NCBI GenBank assembly: GCA_028275505.1
Contig: JAPWUP010000002.1
Coordinates: 9,965-73,964, forward strand
Direction: 5' to 3'
DNA: 64,000 bases
From: Bryobacteraceae bacterium
Lineage (GTDB): Bacteria; Acidobacteriota; Terriglobia; Bryobacterales; Bryobacteraceae
How positions within the stretch are numbered: position 1 is the stretch's first letter; each line of letters begins with the position of its first letter. The position numbers were made by a program, and so were the translations under genes. The notes beneath the pieces are model-generated. The model did no database searches, was not told where the DNA came from, and saw only the letters and a program-made list of their open reading frames with translations. Of this stretch, positions 53,573 through 63,598 are shown piece by piece.

Positions 53573-55825
53573 TCAGGCGTCCTCGTCGGTTTCGTAGCGG
53601 CGGTAGTACTTGTAATACTTGCCGTAATAGCCGTAGTACCCGTAGTAGCCGTCGCTGAGCGAGGGCGTCACTTCGTTCAGGACCACGCCCAGAATATTGG
53701 CCCGCAGCCGCTCCAGCACGCCTACAGCCGAGGCCAAGGCCTTGCGATGCGTCTCGCCCGCTACCGTGACCAGCACCACGCCGTCCACCGCAGCAGCCAT
53801 CTGAAGCGGCTCCGGGAACCCGAGCACCGGTGGCGAGTCCACGATCACCAGGCTGTACTCGTTTGCCGCCTCGCGCAGGATGGCCGGCAGCGCCTTGCCC
53901 AGCGCATCCGCGGCGGCGCGCGAGGCAGGACCGGCGGGCAGAATGTCCAGCTCGGGCAGACCCTCCACGCGCACGAGCTGGTCGCGCCAGTTGCCACCCT
54001 GCGTCAGCAGCACCGAGAGGCCCGCTTTCAAGTTGCCGTCCATACCAAAGAAGTTCGCCACGCCAGGCCGGCGCAGGTCTCCGTCAATCAGCAAGGTGCG
54101 ATCCTTTTGCTGCGCGTGCGCCACAGCAAGATGCACCGAGACCGTCGTCTTGCCTTCCCTCGGCCCGGCGCTGGTAATCAACACGCTCTTCAGGGGCTGC
54201 CCGATTGACCCTAGAAGGATCGAGTTGCGCAACGTCCGGATCGCTTCGCTGAAAGGGGCACCCGCTTGCGGGACGGCGGGCGCGCGCAATTCCTTCACGG
54301 GCACAAGCGAGGTCTGAGCACCTTGCGGACTTGCCGCCGGCAGCAACGGGCGCTTGCGCCACTCCTTCACCAAAGGCAGGGATCCCACCACTTCGGCGCC
54401 CGTCGTCAACCGGACGATCTCGGGATCGCGCACGGTCTTGTCCAGGCTGTCGCTCAGGATGGCTACGCCCACGGCGACGAGGCTGGAGAGCAGGAACGCG
54501 AGCGCGAGGTTGAGCCGCGTGTTGGGGAACACGGGGTTCAGCGGCGGGCGCGCGGGATCTGCCAGCCGCACGGCGCTGTTCTGAAAGCCGGCGTTGATTC
54601 CGGCTTCCTTGATCTTGCGCAGCAGCTCCTCGTACAGCTTCTTGTCCGCGTCAGCTTCCCGTTTCAGGGCCTGGTACTCGAACCAGCGGGCGTTGAGTCG
54701 GTCCAGCTCAGCCTTGGTCTGCTCGACCGCCTTGCGGAGCATCTCCTCGCGGTTTACTGCCTGCCGGTACTCGGCCTCCACCCGCCGCAAGATGCTACGC
54801 CTGGTCTCCTCGACCTGCCGTTCCAACTGGGCCACTTGCGTCGCAACGCGCCGATACTCGGGATGGTTGGGTCCGTACTGAGCTTTGATGACCGCGAACT
54901 TTTCCTGCGCTTCATCCAAGCGATCGCTCAACTTTTTCAGGGCCTCGCCCTGCGAGGACGCCAGCGCGGCCTCCAGACTGCCGCTGCGAACCGAGTTGTA
55001 GGCCGCCTCCTTGGCCACCCGATCGGCCTGCGCGTTGGTGTACTCGGTGTTGAGTTGCAGGAGGCGGGCGGAAAGGATGTTGGTCTTCTCCTCGGGGTTG
55101 ACGACGTTCAGCTCGCGCTCGAACTGGGCCAGGGCCGCGCTGGAGCGTTCCATCTTCGCCTTCAAGTCCTCGAGCTGTTTCTCCATGAAGCTGGAAAGGC
55201 CTACCATGGAGCGGTAGCGGATCGAGTAGGTGTGCTCGATGTACGAGTTGGCAATCGCGTTGGCGACGTCGGCAGCCAGTCGCGGATTCGGGCAGCGGTA
55301 GCTGATCTGGATCAGGAAGGTGTTCGGCGGACGCGTCACTTTCAGGCCGGGCAAACCAACCGGGGCATCCTCGCGATTGACTTCCGGCAGCGACTCCTGC
55401 TTGGCTCCCGGGTTCTCGTACAGGTGGAACCGGCGCACCACCGGGCGCAGCACGGAGTCCGATTGGATCAGTTTGACCTGGGTAGCCATGAACTGATCCG
55501 TGTTCCAGTCGGCCACGGGCGTGGCTTCCTGCCCGAGAATGCCACGCGGCACAGTGCGATCCACGTCTACGGTGGCGGTAGCCTCATAGAGTGGTTGCAA
55601 GCGCGAAGAAATGATGTAGGTGCCCGTCACGCAGCAGGCGACAAAGGCCAGGATCTTCCAGCGGTGACGCTTAAGAATCCACCAGTAGCGGCTCAGGGTG
55701 GGTTCCGCCGGCTCGTACTCCACGTACTCCTGGCCGTACCAAGGCGGGGGCGCATAGACCGGGGCCGGCGGCTGGCCGCTGCCGCTGGCCGGTGGCAATG
55801 CGGGGTGTCGCTCGCGCTCGTCCAT
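53573..55825 (-). CDS. wzc: Polysaccharide co-polymerase / BY-kinase (Wzc/GumC-type tyrosine autokinase)
   Basis: Wzz-like N-domain with 2 TM and a long coiled coil. Walker A SAGPREGKT. C-terminal Tyr cluster DGYYGYYGYYGKYYKYYRRY. Confidence 0.85.
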   Translation of the reverse strand: MDERERHPALPPASGSGQPPAPVYAPPPWYGQEYVEYEPAEPTLSRYWWILKRHRWKILAFVACCVTGTYIISSRLQPLYEATATVDVDRTVPRGILGQEATPVADWNTDQFMATQVKLIQSDSVLRPVVRRFHLYENPGAKQESLPEVNREDAPVGLPGLKVTRPPNTFLIQISYRCPNPRLAADVANAIANSYIEHTYSIRYRSMVGLSSFMEKQLEDLKAKMERSSAALAQFERELNVVNPEEKTNILSARLLQLNTEYTNAQADRVAKEAAYNSVRSGSLEAALASSQGEALKKLSDRLDEAQEKFAVIKAQYGPNHPEYRRVATQVAQLERQVEETRRSILRRVEAEYRQAVNREEMLRKAVEQTKAELDRLNARWFEYQALKREADADKKLYEELLRKIKEAGINAGFQNSAVRLADPARPPLNPVFPNTRLNLALAFLLSSLVAVGVAILSDSLDKTVRDPEIVRLTTGAEVVGSLPLVKEWRKRPLLPAASPQGAQTSLVPVKELRAPAVPQAGAPFSEAIRTLRNSILLGSIGQPLKSVLITSAGPREGKTTVSVHLAVAHAQQKDRTLLIDGDLRRPGVANFFGMDGNLKAGLSVLLTQGGNWRDQLVRVEGLPELDILPAGPASRAAADALGKALPAILREAANEYSLVIVDSPPVLGFPEPLQMAAAVDGVVLVTVAGETHRKALASAVGVLERLRANILGVVLNEVTPSLSDGYYGYYGYYGKYYKYYRRYETDEDA

Positions 55826-55879
55826 CGGAACCTCTTGAGGATCGGCTTCGGAATCTCTCCGACGCCTGACAGCTCTTCA

Positions 55880-56857
55880 TCAGTCTCGGCCGGTGCGCCA
55901 GATCAGGATGCCACTCGCGGTCGTTGCCCCGAAGCCGGCAATCCTATCAAGCGCCTGGATGGTGGCCCTCCTTCCCGAGCGATCCGGAACGTAGAGGATG
56001 TCATTTGCGACCAAAGGGACGTCCGGGGCCTTGCGCTCCATCAACTTTTTGAGCTCGACGGGCAGTTCGCGGACCGCGCCGGTGCGCTCATCCCTGCGGA
56101 TGATGTAGGCCTGCTTGCCTGCGTACGGCGCGAGGCCCTCAGCCAGCGCCAGCACGCGGAGGACGGTGGTTTCGGTTCCCTCGACGAGCGGGAAGGCCCC
56201 GGGCTTTTTGACGTTGCCAACCACGTACACCTTCCCGGCCTCGGGGACGCGGATCTCTTCGCCGCCGTAGAGCTTCAAATTCGCCTCGGGATCCGCCGAA
56301 TCGAACAAGGCCTTGACCGCCACACGACGCGTGATCTGGACCGGCTTTCCGTCCGGACCCTTTTGCGTGTGGGTGACGAGAATTTCAGGACCCGCGTCGG
56401 GATTCAGCCCTCCGGCCCGCGTGAGCGCCTCCAGCAACGTGACTGCGCCCACGGCCTGGAAGGTGATCGGATTGCGTACAGCACCTGCCACCGAAATGGG
56501 GCGGCTGAAGTACTCAACCACGGTCACAGTCACAACCGGGTCCACGAGCAACTGTTCCTGCTTTAGCGCGCTGGCGATGGCTTCCTCCAGCTCCGCGGGC
56601 AGCAGCCCTTGCGCGGCGATCCGTTGCTTGAGCATGGGCAGGCGGATAAACCCGTCCGCCGAGACCCGGACCGTGCGCGTCAACTCCGGCGCGTCGAGCA
56701 CGGAGACCGCGATCAAGTCGTTCGCTCCGATCGGCTGGGCCGGCAGATTCGCGGCGCCGGGTTCTACCGCGGCTGGGGGGCGTGGCGCCTGCCCCATGCA
56801 CAGAGGCAGCATGAAGCTGGCCAGAGATAGACACACCGACACCGCGCGCATGGCCAT
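55880..56857 (-). CDS. wza: Polysaccharide export outer-membrane protein (Wza-type; Poly_export + SLBB)
   Basis: Signal peptide. PIGANDLIAVSV ... VSADGFIRLPML ... RPISVAGAVRNP ... YVVGNVKKPG. Confidence 0.85.
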   Translation of the reverse strand: MAMRAVSVCLSLASFMLPLCMGQAPRPPAAVEPGAANLPAQPIGANDLIAVSVLDAPELTRTVRVSADGFIRLPMLKQRIAAQGLLPAELEEAIASALKQEQLLVDPVVTVTVVEYFSRPISVAGAVRNPITFQAVGAVTLLEALTRAGGLNPDAGPEILVTHTQKGPDGKPVQITRRVAVKALFDSADPEANLKLYGGEEIRVPEAGKVYVVGNVKKPGAFPLVEGTETTVLRVLALAEGLAPYAGKQAYIIRRDERTGAVRELPVELKKLMERKAPDVPLVANDILYVPDRSGRRATIQALDRIAGFGATTASGILIWRTGRD

Positions 56858-56879
56858 TACCTCCCCTTAATTGTACGAC

Positions 56880-57194
56880 TCAAGCTCGGCCGGCGACCGC
56901 ACGCTGTGTGGCACCGTCGGAGAGGCGCCCATTGGTCTCCTGGAGCGTAGCCACAAGGTTTGAGAGCACAGTTTCCACTGCGCTGAGTCGCACCTCCAGG
57001 CTCGCGAGCTTCTGCTCAATGGGTGGTTTCTCTTCCGTGGCGCGATGGATTCCCTCGACCAAAGCCCACCGAGCGAACTCGGAGATGCTTCGCGCGCCCC
57101 GCAGTTGGCAAGCATTGCAGAGCGCGCGAAATTCGTCTTCGCTCAGACGGACGGACAAGGGGCGGACGCGGAAGCCTGTGAACAAGCGAGGCAT
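56880..57194 (-). CDS. Ribbon-helix-helix-like small protein, first gene of the export operon
   Basis: ATG 57194. RPLSVRLSEDEFRALCNACQLRGARSISEFARWAL followed by a coiled coil. Confidence 0.45.
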   Translation of the reverse strand: MPRLFTGFRVRPLSVRLSEDEFRALCNACQLRGARSISEFARWALVEGIHRATEEKPPIEQKLASLEVRLSAVETVLSNLVATLQETNGRLSDGATQRAVAGRA

Positions 57195-57383
57195 AGGTTC
57201 CCGCCGGTCAATCCGCAGGACGGAAGTAGTCGTCCGTGTGCAGGTTGGAAGCTTCCGGAGGCTCCGAATAAACAAGCCTCCGGCTTCGTGAGTCACATCG
57301 GGACTCGATGTTGAAGCGCGTATCCGCGGCGCCCGGCGCTATCGCCAGCGCCGTAAGGCATACGCCCGACGATAGAACGACAG

Positions 57384-57411
57384 TTTAAAGTCTGACGGGC
57401 AACCTTGTCAA
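57384..57411 (-). promoter_or_regulatory. Candidate sigma-70-type promoter for the RHH-wza-wzc operon
   Basis: The minus strand reads TTGACA (57411-57406), 16 nt, then TTTAAA (57389-57384), about 190 nt upstream of the RHH start. Confidence 0.25.
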
Positions 57412-57499
57412 TACCTAATCGCATGCCCAAGTAACGAGGGAGGATCACGCGCAAGTCAGTTAGTACTATCAGTACTATCAGCACCTGGCTGCTTACGGA

Positions 57500-58357
57500 T
57501 CAAGGACTTACAGGAGCAGCAGGACCGCGCGTGACTGCGATTGCGACTCCTGCCACTGCACCGCCTATCGCTACTCCGGCTATGATCGCTTTCGTTTTAG
57601 CTGTCAAAGCCGCTTTGGCAGGCTTGGGCGCTGCGGGAGGCAGGGGGCATCCACGTTCCACCAAGCGAACCTCCACCACACGGATCACCTGCGTTGCCCC
57701 GGGAGCGGGCTTTGCAGCGGGTTCGACCGTGCCCGTGATCTCGATCCGATCGCCCACGCGCGCGTCCAAACCCGTACCGACGAGCTCCACCGTGATGCCG
57801 GCTGTCGCGTCGGTCAAAAGAAAGCGCCCGTCCTTCTTCTCCAGGCACCCAGAAAGCTTGGCGGCAGCAGCAGCACCCGCCACTTGGGGCTCGAGCACCA
57901 CTGCCTTGCCCGGCCAAACCTTCGCCACCGTAATGCCACCGGCCTTTACAACGCGTGCGGGCGCCTCAAAGGCGGTGACGTGTAGGGCTGAGTTCCCGGT
58001 CGCATCCACCAGCGCTCCCCCCTCCGGCTCGATCCACAACCCAAGGGCTTCCAAGCGGTAACCCGATCCTTTCAACATCTGCACCTTGCCCTTTTCGAGC
58101 AAGAACCGGTCACGATGAACCCGCCCTGCGGTATAGGGACCGAGCCGCAACCGCACGCCGGAATGAAGCTGCAGGTCGGACGTGGCTTCGCTGGTTTCGA
58201 TGAAGCTCCCGTCGAACACGGTCGCGCTGCCGTGTGCTGGCGCCGCGTCGAGGCGAAATTGCCCGTCCGCCACGACAAGCCCGATAGGGGTCCCCGCAAC
58301 GTTGCCCGCTAGCAGCAGAACGGTGCTCAGCAGTGCCATGAATATCACTCGCCACAT
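57500..58357 (-). CDS. Signal-peptide protein with FecR-like N-domain and C-terminal membrane anchor
   Basis: MWRVIFMALLSTVLLLAGNVAG. C-terminal AIIAGVAIGGAVAGVAIAV. No catalytic motif. Confidence 0.45.
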   Translation of the reverse strand: MWRVIFMALLSTVLLLAGNVAGTPIGLVVADGQFRLDAAPAHGSATVFDGSFIETSEATSDLQLHSGVRLRLGPYTAGRVHRDRFLLEKGKVQMLKGSGYRLEALGLWIEPEGGALVDATGNSALHVTAFEAPARVVKAGGITVAKVWPGKAVVLEPQVAGAAAAAKLSGCLEKKDGRFLLTDATAGITVELVGTGLDARVGDRIEITGTVEPAAKPAPGATQVIRVVEVRLVERGCPLPPAAPKPAKAALTAKTKAIIAGVAIGGAVAGVAIAVTRGPAAPVSP

Positions 58358-58446
58358 AACGATGTCTCCTCGCAGCGCCAATTTGGCTCGTCCCTCGTAT
58401 TATAGGGCACGTCGCTTGTTAGTACAATACTGCGCGATAGAAGACC

Positions 58447-59568
58447 GTGGCGTCGGACAATCGTCAGACAAAACACCTTACCCGCTTCTCTCCCCCCAAC
58501 TACTACGAGGAGCTTGGGCTCTCGCGTCATGCGAGCCCGGAGGAAATTCGGCGAACCTATCGTAATCTGGCCTGGCTATTGCATCCGGATCGCTGCCAGG
58601 ACGATGACATGAGGCGAGTGGCCGAGGCGCAGCTCAAGCGTCTGAACGCGATCGTTGCTGTCCTGCTCGATCCCGAGCAGCGGCGCCGCTATGACGAGAG
58701 CCTGGAGCGCTCCGAGGGCTCCTGGTTGTGGAAGATCCGTGCCTTACAAGTCCGGCTCGCCGCGCTGAGCGCTACCCGGTCCCGCTCATGGGTTTGGGCG
58801 GGTGGCGGTCTCCTCCTGCTTGGCTTGCTGACGTGGCTGGTGGTGGCGAAACCCAGCCGTGCTCCACGTTCCCTGAGCTCGGCGACACCGCACGTGCAGC
58901 GTGACCTGGCGGAAAACAGAGCCGTTCCCGCAAAGCTGCAACCCGCTCCGGCGGCTCTTCCTTTAGCGGGCGCCCCTCAAAGAACTACGAATTCGAAGAA
59001 GCTACCGCAGCTCGCGCCTCCGCAACCCGAGGCGGACGACATCCAGACGACGCTCGAACTTCCGCGTTCCGAGTCGCCTGCGCCCCACGCCGAATCCGCC
59101 AGTGAGCAAGCTTCACCACCCGCGCCTTCCATCGCGGAGGCCGCCCCATCGACGCCAAGGCCTGCGGAGGGCGGCCCGGCACGCGACCGCTCAGCTCGTA
59201 CTTACTCAGGGTGGTGGGTGCTTGTGCCAGGCAAGGCCACAGAAATGCCCGCTGAATTATACCCTCCCATCTACGTGGAGATGTTCATCGAGCAAAAAGG
59301 CGCGGTTCTCCGCGGCCGCTACAAGGGCCGTTACCAAGTCACTGATCGTGCGATCTCGCCCGAAGTCAGCTTCACCTTCGAGGGTCGAGCTCAGGGTGAC
59401 GAGCCTGAATTCACGTGGCGCGGCGCCCAGGGCGCCGAGGGACGGTTGCGCTTGCGCTGGGTAGGTGAAAACTCGATGGAAGTCCGCTGGTGGACCACGA
59501 ACTTCGGAACCGAGCTGGGGCTGAGCTCGGGCATCGCCACGCTGATCCGGGTGGAAGACCGCCGATGA
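58447..59568 (+). CDS. J-domain (DnaJ-like) membrane protein
   Basis: NYYEELGLSRHASPEEIRRTYRNLAWLLHPDR (HPD). One TM (WVWAGGGLLLLGLLTWLVV). Pro/Ala-rich linker. Confidence 0.7.
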   Translation: MASDNRQTKHLTRFSPPNYYEELGLSRHASPEEIRRTYRNLAWLLHPDRCQDDDMRRVAEAQLKRLNAIVAVLLDPEQRRRYDESLERSEGSWLWKIRALQVRLAALSATRSRSWVWAGGGLLLLGLLTWLVVAKPSRAPRSLSSATPHVQRDLAENRAVPAKLQPAPAALPLAGAPQRTTNSKKLPQLAPPQPEADDIQTTLELPRSESPAPHAESASEQASPPAPSIAEAAPSTPRPAEGGPARDRSARTYSGWWVLVPGKATEMPAELYPPIYVEMFIEQKGAVLRGRYKGRYQVTDRAISPEVSFTFEGRAQGDEPEFTWRGAQGAEGRLRLRWVGENSMEVRWWTTNFGTELGLSSGIATLIRVEDRR

Positions 59569-59599
59569 ATGTGGCGCAACCAGCCTTCCTGGGGCCACA

Positions 59600-60823
59600 G
59601 TGATGCGAGTGCTCACGCACCGTTTGCCGGCGCTCGGCCTGGCGATCGCTTTAGCGGTGGGTTTCTACTGGTCCGTGCGATTGACTCAGGCTGATACCTA
59701 CTATCGCAGGGCTACTGCAGAGAGCCTGGCACGCGCCCTTATCCTGGATCCGGGCAACGCAGATTATCAGCTCGCCTGGGCCGATGTGGTCTCCGGGGAC
59801 TACCTGACGGCTTTACAGCGGGCCGTGCGACTCAATCCGTTTCAGTCGTCGTTGTGGATGGAGCTCGGCTTGCGCGCGGAGATGGAAGGCGATTTGGCGC
59901 TGGCGGAGAAAGCCCTGTTGGAGGCCGCCCGGCGCGACCGCACGCACAAACCCAGGCTCATGCTGGCCCACTTCTATTTTCGTCGCGGGAACCAGACGGC
60001 CTTCTGGCGTTGGGTCCGCGAGGCCCTCGCGACTGCGCCTTCCGATGCCTCGATTTTGTTCCGCCTGTGCTGGAGCCTGACCCAGGACGCCGACGCGATT
60101 CTGGAGCGTGCGATCCCGGCCCGTCGCGAAATCATCGCGCAGTACATCAACTTTCTTGCCGCCGAGCGGCGTTGGCGCGCAGCCGTTGCGGCCGCCGAGC
60201 GGCTGGCCGCGATTGGCGACTCTGCTGACGCCGACGTGCTTGAAGGTCTCTGTGACCGCCTCATCCAGGCCGGAGAGAGCGCCCTGGCCGTTGAGACCTG
60301 GAACCTGCTCGCCGCACGGCGTTGGGTACCTTACCCGGCGCTGGATCCATCACGCGGGGTCATTCTCACCAACCCTGATTTTGAGCATCGAGCTCGCCAG
60401 CGAGGCTTTGATTGGCGCATGTCACCGAGCGAAGAAATTACTATTGCGCGCGATCCAACACAAGCGGCCCTGCGAATTTCTTTTACTGGTCGCCAAGCAG
60501 AGCCATATGAAATTCTGGCCCAGTATGTACCCTTGGTTCCCGCGACGCGCTATGCCTTCCGGTTCGAGTTCCACACAGTGGACATTCCCGCAGGGGCCGG
60601 CCCTCGCTGGATCATCCTCGAAGGATCGAAACCACCGAGCGAACTGGCGCGAACCGATCCCCTGTTCGCTCCCGATTGGGCCAAAGGCGAGTTGGTCTTT
60701 CAGACCGGGCCCGCCACCCGGATCGGACGGCTGGTCTTTGTGTACCGGCGAGAGCCTGGGACCACGCGGATCAGTGGCTCGATCTGGTTGCGGCGCCTGG
60801 CCCTCGCCATTGCAAGCCAGTGA
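59600..60823 (+). CDS. TPR-repeat protein with C-terminal beta-sandwich (carbohydrate-binding-like) domain
   Basis: N-terminal TM. TPR-like helices (NADYQLAWADV, LWMELGLRAEMEGDLALAEKALLEAA). C-terminal FRFEFHTV ... GSIWLRRLAL. Confidence 0.6.
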   Translation: MMRVLTHRLPALGLAIALAVGFYWSVRLTQADTYYRRATAESLARALILDPGNADYQLAWADVVSGDYLTALQRAVRLNPFQSSLWMELGLRAEMEGDLALAEKALLEAARRDRTHKPRLMLAHFYFRRGNQTAFWRWVREALATAPSDASILFRLCWSLTQDADAILERAIPARREIIAQYINFLAAERRWRAAVAAAERLAAIGDSADADVLEGLCDRLIQAGESALAVETWNLLAARRWVPYPALDPSRGVILTNPDFEHRARQRGFDWRMSPSEEITIARDPTQAALRISFTGRQAEPYEILAQYVPLVPATRYAFRFEFHTVDIPAGAGPRWIILEGSKPPSELARTDPLFAPDWAKGELVFQTGPATRIGRLVFVYRREPGTTRISGSIWLRRLALAIASQ

Positions 60824-61238
60824 CCCCTCGGGATTCGCCCAGGGCCTGCGGCCGCGGGACACGCGTGTTGTGGACCGCAACTGCACCCATCAATCCCGCG
60901 GCCACGAAGTTCGTTGTGGCTGAAGTCCAGTATCGCTCCGACCATGAGGATTTCCGTGAGACCAGGTATTCGGTGAGGACAGCCGCGGAAGCGATCGAGA
61001 ATTTCACGGTCAGTGCCTTGCCATAGCTCAGCCTGCCATCAGGCCCTCGCAGAATGGGATTCGCCTCGAACTTGTGCCGTGATGTATGAACATCGAGATA
61101 ATTGGCGGCGTAAAGACCAAAAATGGAAATCAGCCAAAGTTTCTTGCCTTTCTCCCGTTGTTGGCCGTAAGTTAGCTGTCCCGAGAATAACAGGCCCAGA
61201 AGCAAAAATACACCCGTCCTGCTGCACCGCGCGCGCAC
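60771..61238 (-). CDS. Hypothetical membrane protein
   Basis: GTG 61238 with AAGGAG 8 nt upstream. Signal-like N-terminus. HKFEANPILR motif. Confidence 0.45.
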   Translation of the reverse strand: MRARCSRTGVFLLLGLLFSGQLTYGQQREKGKKLWLISIFGLYAANYLDVHTSRHKFEANPILRGPDGRLSYGKALTVKFSIASAAVLTEYLVSRKSSWSERYWTSATTNFVAAGLMGAVAVHNTRVPRPQALGESRGVTGLQWRGPGAATRSSH

Positions 61239-61387
61239 CTTTTGTTCTCCTTGACCCGCGTCGCCTGCCGGGCGTTGCCAGCCCGGGGTTCGACCACGCT
61301 GTCAACGGACTTATCGGTGCGCGCGGCACAACCTTGAGCAAGCAGGATCGGGAAAGGTGTAGCTGAGTGAAAGTTACTGACGAGCGG

Positions 61388-62560
61388 TTAGTGCTGCAAC
61401 AGGCCCCGGATCGCAGGCTTGAGCCCGTGCTTGACGATCAGACGTCCGGCTCGCAACGGGTAGTAAAGCGGGGAGAGAAGCCGGGGCAGAGGCAGGATCT
61501 GAAGTTCGATGGTCGTGGGAGCCAACAGAGTGTAATAGGCGCAAATCACTTTGTGCTGCCAGCGATCGAGTACTCGCAGCGTGAACCACAGATCGGCGAG
61601 CGCGGACCTGGGAGCTCCGTTGCGCCAGCTCGCGATGACCCTCTGGCCGATCTCGCTGGCTTGTCGCCACACGCCTTCGCCCGCCCACAGACCAGCGGGG
61701 GCGCTGACGCCCATCACCTTCTCGGCCAGCCAGCACGAGGTGGCAAGGGCTCTCGAAGCGCCCGCGCGCTCGGCCAGTTGCCTCAGCTCAGCGCGATTCA
61801 GAACCTGTGCGTGCATGAACCACGCAATGTCCGCGACTTGTTGGAGTGTCGACCACCGGTGCTTGGCTGCATGCACACAGAGCAGAAAGAAGGAGTGCTC
61901 AGGCGAGGGTTGCAGGATTCTCCGGCCCTCGAATTCAGTCCACCGGGCGCTTGCCCAGACGGCTTCGGCCGGGAAATCGCAAGGATAGGACTTCGGAAAA
62001 AGCTCCCAGTGCGGTTCCACGGAGATCCCATTGCGGCCGCCGAAACAAAACTCACAGTTCTGTTGCAACGTGAGGGCTTGCTGGGCGGCGTTGAGTTCCG
62101 GCGCCAGCCGAAAGCCGCGGGCACGCAGCGTTTCGCAAACGGCTTGGAGATCCTCCCGGCGCACCAGCAGGTCGAGGTCGGCGCTCGCACGCACGGCAGC
62201 CTCTCCGTAAAGAAATTTGGCCAGCACCGGGCCGCGCAACGGAATCACCGGAACGCCCCTGCGCTCCAGTTCATCGAGCAGGCCGTGCAGTTCACGACAT
62301 AGCGTGAGGCTGCGGGCAGCGGTCCCGCGCAGGAGGTTCCGAAACTGTGCGACGATCGGCTCCGGGATCGCCTCCACGCGGTGTTGCTTCAGGCGCCACC
62401 AGACGAGGGGCGCGACACCGAGCTGCTTTGCCGCCTCGAGGACGTGCTCCCAGTCGGCATTGATCGCGAGGCTATGCAACGCCGCGGCGTCGGGAGCCGG
62501 CCTAGTCGCCTCGACCAGAAACTCGATCTCGGCTCCCAAATCCGTTCCTGGCTTGGGCAC
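61388..62560 (-). CDS. Nucleotidyltransferase-family protein (the 'uncharacterised nucleotidyltransferase' family often next to PqqD/lasso-type genes)
   Basis: IPLRGPVLAKFLYGEAAVRASADLDLLVRREDL..ARGF, then ISVEPHWELF. Confidence 0.65.
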   Translation of the reverse strand: MPKPGTDLGAEIEFLVEATRPAPDAAALHSLAINADWEHVLEAAKQLGVAPLVWWRLKQHRVEAIPEPIVAQFRNLLRGTAARSLTLCRELHGLLDELERRGVPVIPLRGPVLAKFLYGEAAVRASADLDLLVRREDLQAVCETLRARGFRLAPELNAAQQALTLQQNCEFCFGGRNGISVEPHWELFPKSYPCDFPAEAVWASARWTEFEGRRILQPSPEHSFFLLCVHAAKHRWSTLQQVADIAWFMHAQVLNRAELRQLAERAGASRALATSCWLAEKVMGVSAPAGLWAGEGVWRQASEIGQRVIASWRNGAPRSALADLWFTLRVLDRWQHKVICAYYTLLAPTTIELQILPLPRLLSPLYYPLRAGRLIVKHGLKPAIRGLLQH

Positions 62561-62563
62561 GCC

Positions 62564-63598
62564 TTACTCCGCCAGGGGTGCCGGCCGCAGGCCTGTTCGC
62601 GCATAGGCTTTTTCGCAATCCAGTCGCGAGGGCCCCAGCAGATCCCCTTCCATGTATGCCAGGCCCGGGCAGCGCGAACAGACGTTGTGCAGCTCACAAG
62701 TGCGGCAAACCACCAGATCAGCGTTTCGCACGGCGCGCCAGCGCAGGAGCGCGGGCGATTCGCGCCAGATTTTCTCGAAACTCTGCTCCCGGACGTTGCC
62801 CAGCCGCAGTGGGAACTGCACGCACGGGTACACGTCGCCGAAAGGAGAGATGTAGCATGCGGTATGCCCCGCAGAGCAGGGGAGCTCCGCGAGGGCCGAA
62901 GGCGCCGATCGCGGCGAGTCCGGCATCAACGGCCCAACCAGCTCGGGGTCATTGTAAATCTCGCGCCAGATCGCGTCCGGCACGTTCAATCGGAGCACGC
63001 CCGCATTTCCATCCAGGCGGGGAGTGATCGTCGCGTCCAATTTGTAAGTGGCGCCCAGCTCAGCCGCGAGCCGCCGCACTTCAGTGTAACTCGCAGCAGC
63101 TTGGCGCATCAGAACGTGCGAGATCTGGACCTTGACCCCGCGGGACGTCAGTTCCCTGACGGCTGCCATGGTGCGAGCGAAGGAGCCGGGAGCTTGTGTC
63201 ACGGCGTCGTGGATCTCGGGCTGGTGGGAATAAAGCGAGACGTCCACCCGCGCCACATTCAACTCTGCCAACCGCCGCACCGCCTCTGCTTCCAGCATGG
63301 TTCCATTGGTCTTTACCGTGATGTAAAAGTTGAGGCGGCGCGCCCGTTCCATGATATCGAACAGATCCTCGCGCAGCATAACCTCACCGCCGCTGAGGCA
63401 CAGGAACAGGGTCCCGCAGGCGGCAAGCTCCTCGAGAACCCGGCTCACCTCCTCCAACTTCAGCTCCGGCCCCTCCCGTTGCACCAGGTAGCAATGCACA
63501 CAACGGAGGTTGCATCGCCAGGTAAGATCGAGATGGACGTTCCAGGGAATCCCCAAGCGCAGGGCTTTTTCGTGAACTTCGCCCAGCAAGCGGCTCAT
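62564..63598 (-). CDS. Radical SAM enzyme with C-terminal SPASM domain (peptide-maturase type)
   Basis: CNLRCVHCY (CxxxCxxC), SGGEVMLR, and a C-terminal Cys cluster CSAG..CYISPFGDVYPC ... CRTCELHNVCSRCPG. Confidence 0.85.
   Translation of the reverse strand: MSRLLGEVHEKALRLGIPWNVHLDLTWRCNLRCVHCYLVQREGPELKLEEVSRVLEELAACGTLFLCLSGGEVMLREDLFDIMERARRLNFYITVKTNGTMLEAEAVRRLAELNVARVDVSLYSHQPEIHDAVTQAPGSFARTMAAVRELTSRGVKVQISHVLMRQAAASYTEVRRLAAELGATYKLDATITPRLDGNAGVLRLNVPDAIWREIYNDPELVGPLMPDSPRSAPSALAELPCSAGHTACYISPFGDVYPCVQFPLRLGNVREQSFEKIWRESPALLRWRAVRNADLVVCRTCELHNVCSRCPGLAYMEGDLLGPSRLDCEKAYARTGLRPAPLAE

Noticed and set aside
54266-56566. 766-aa plus-strand ORF antisense to wzc and wza.
   Set aside because: No recognisable domain. 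The minus strand encodes complete Wzc and Wza with diagnostic motifs.
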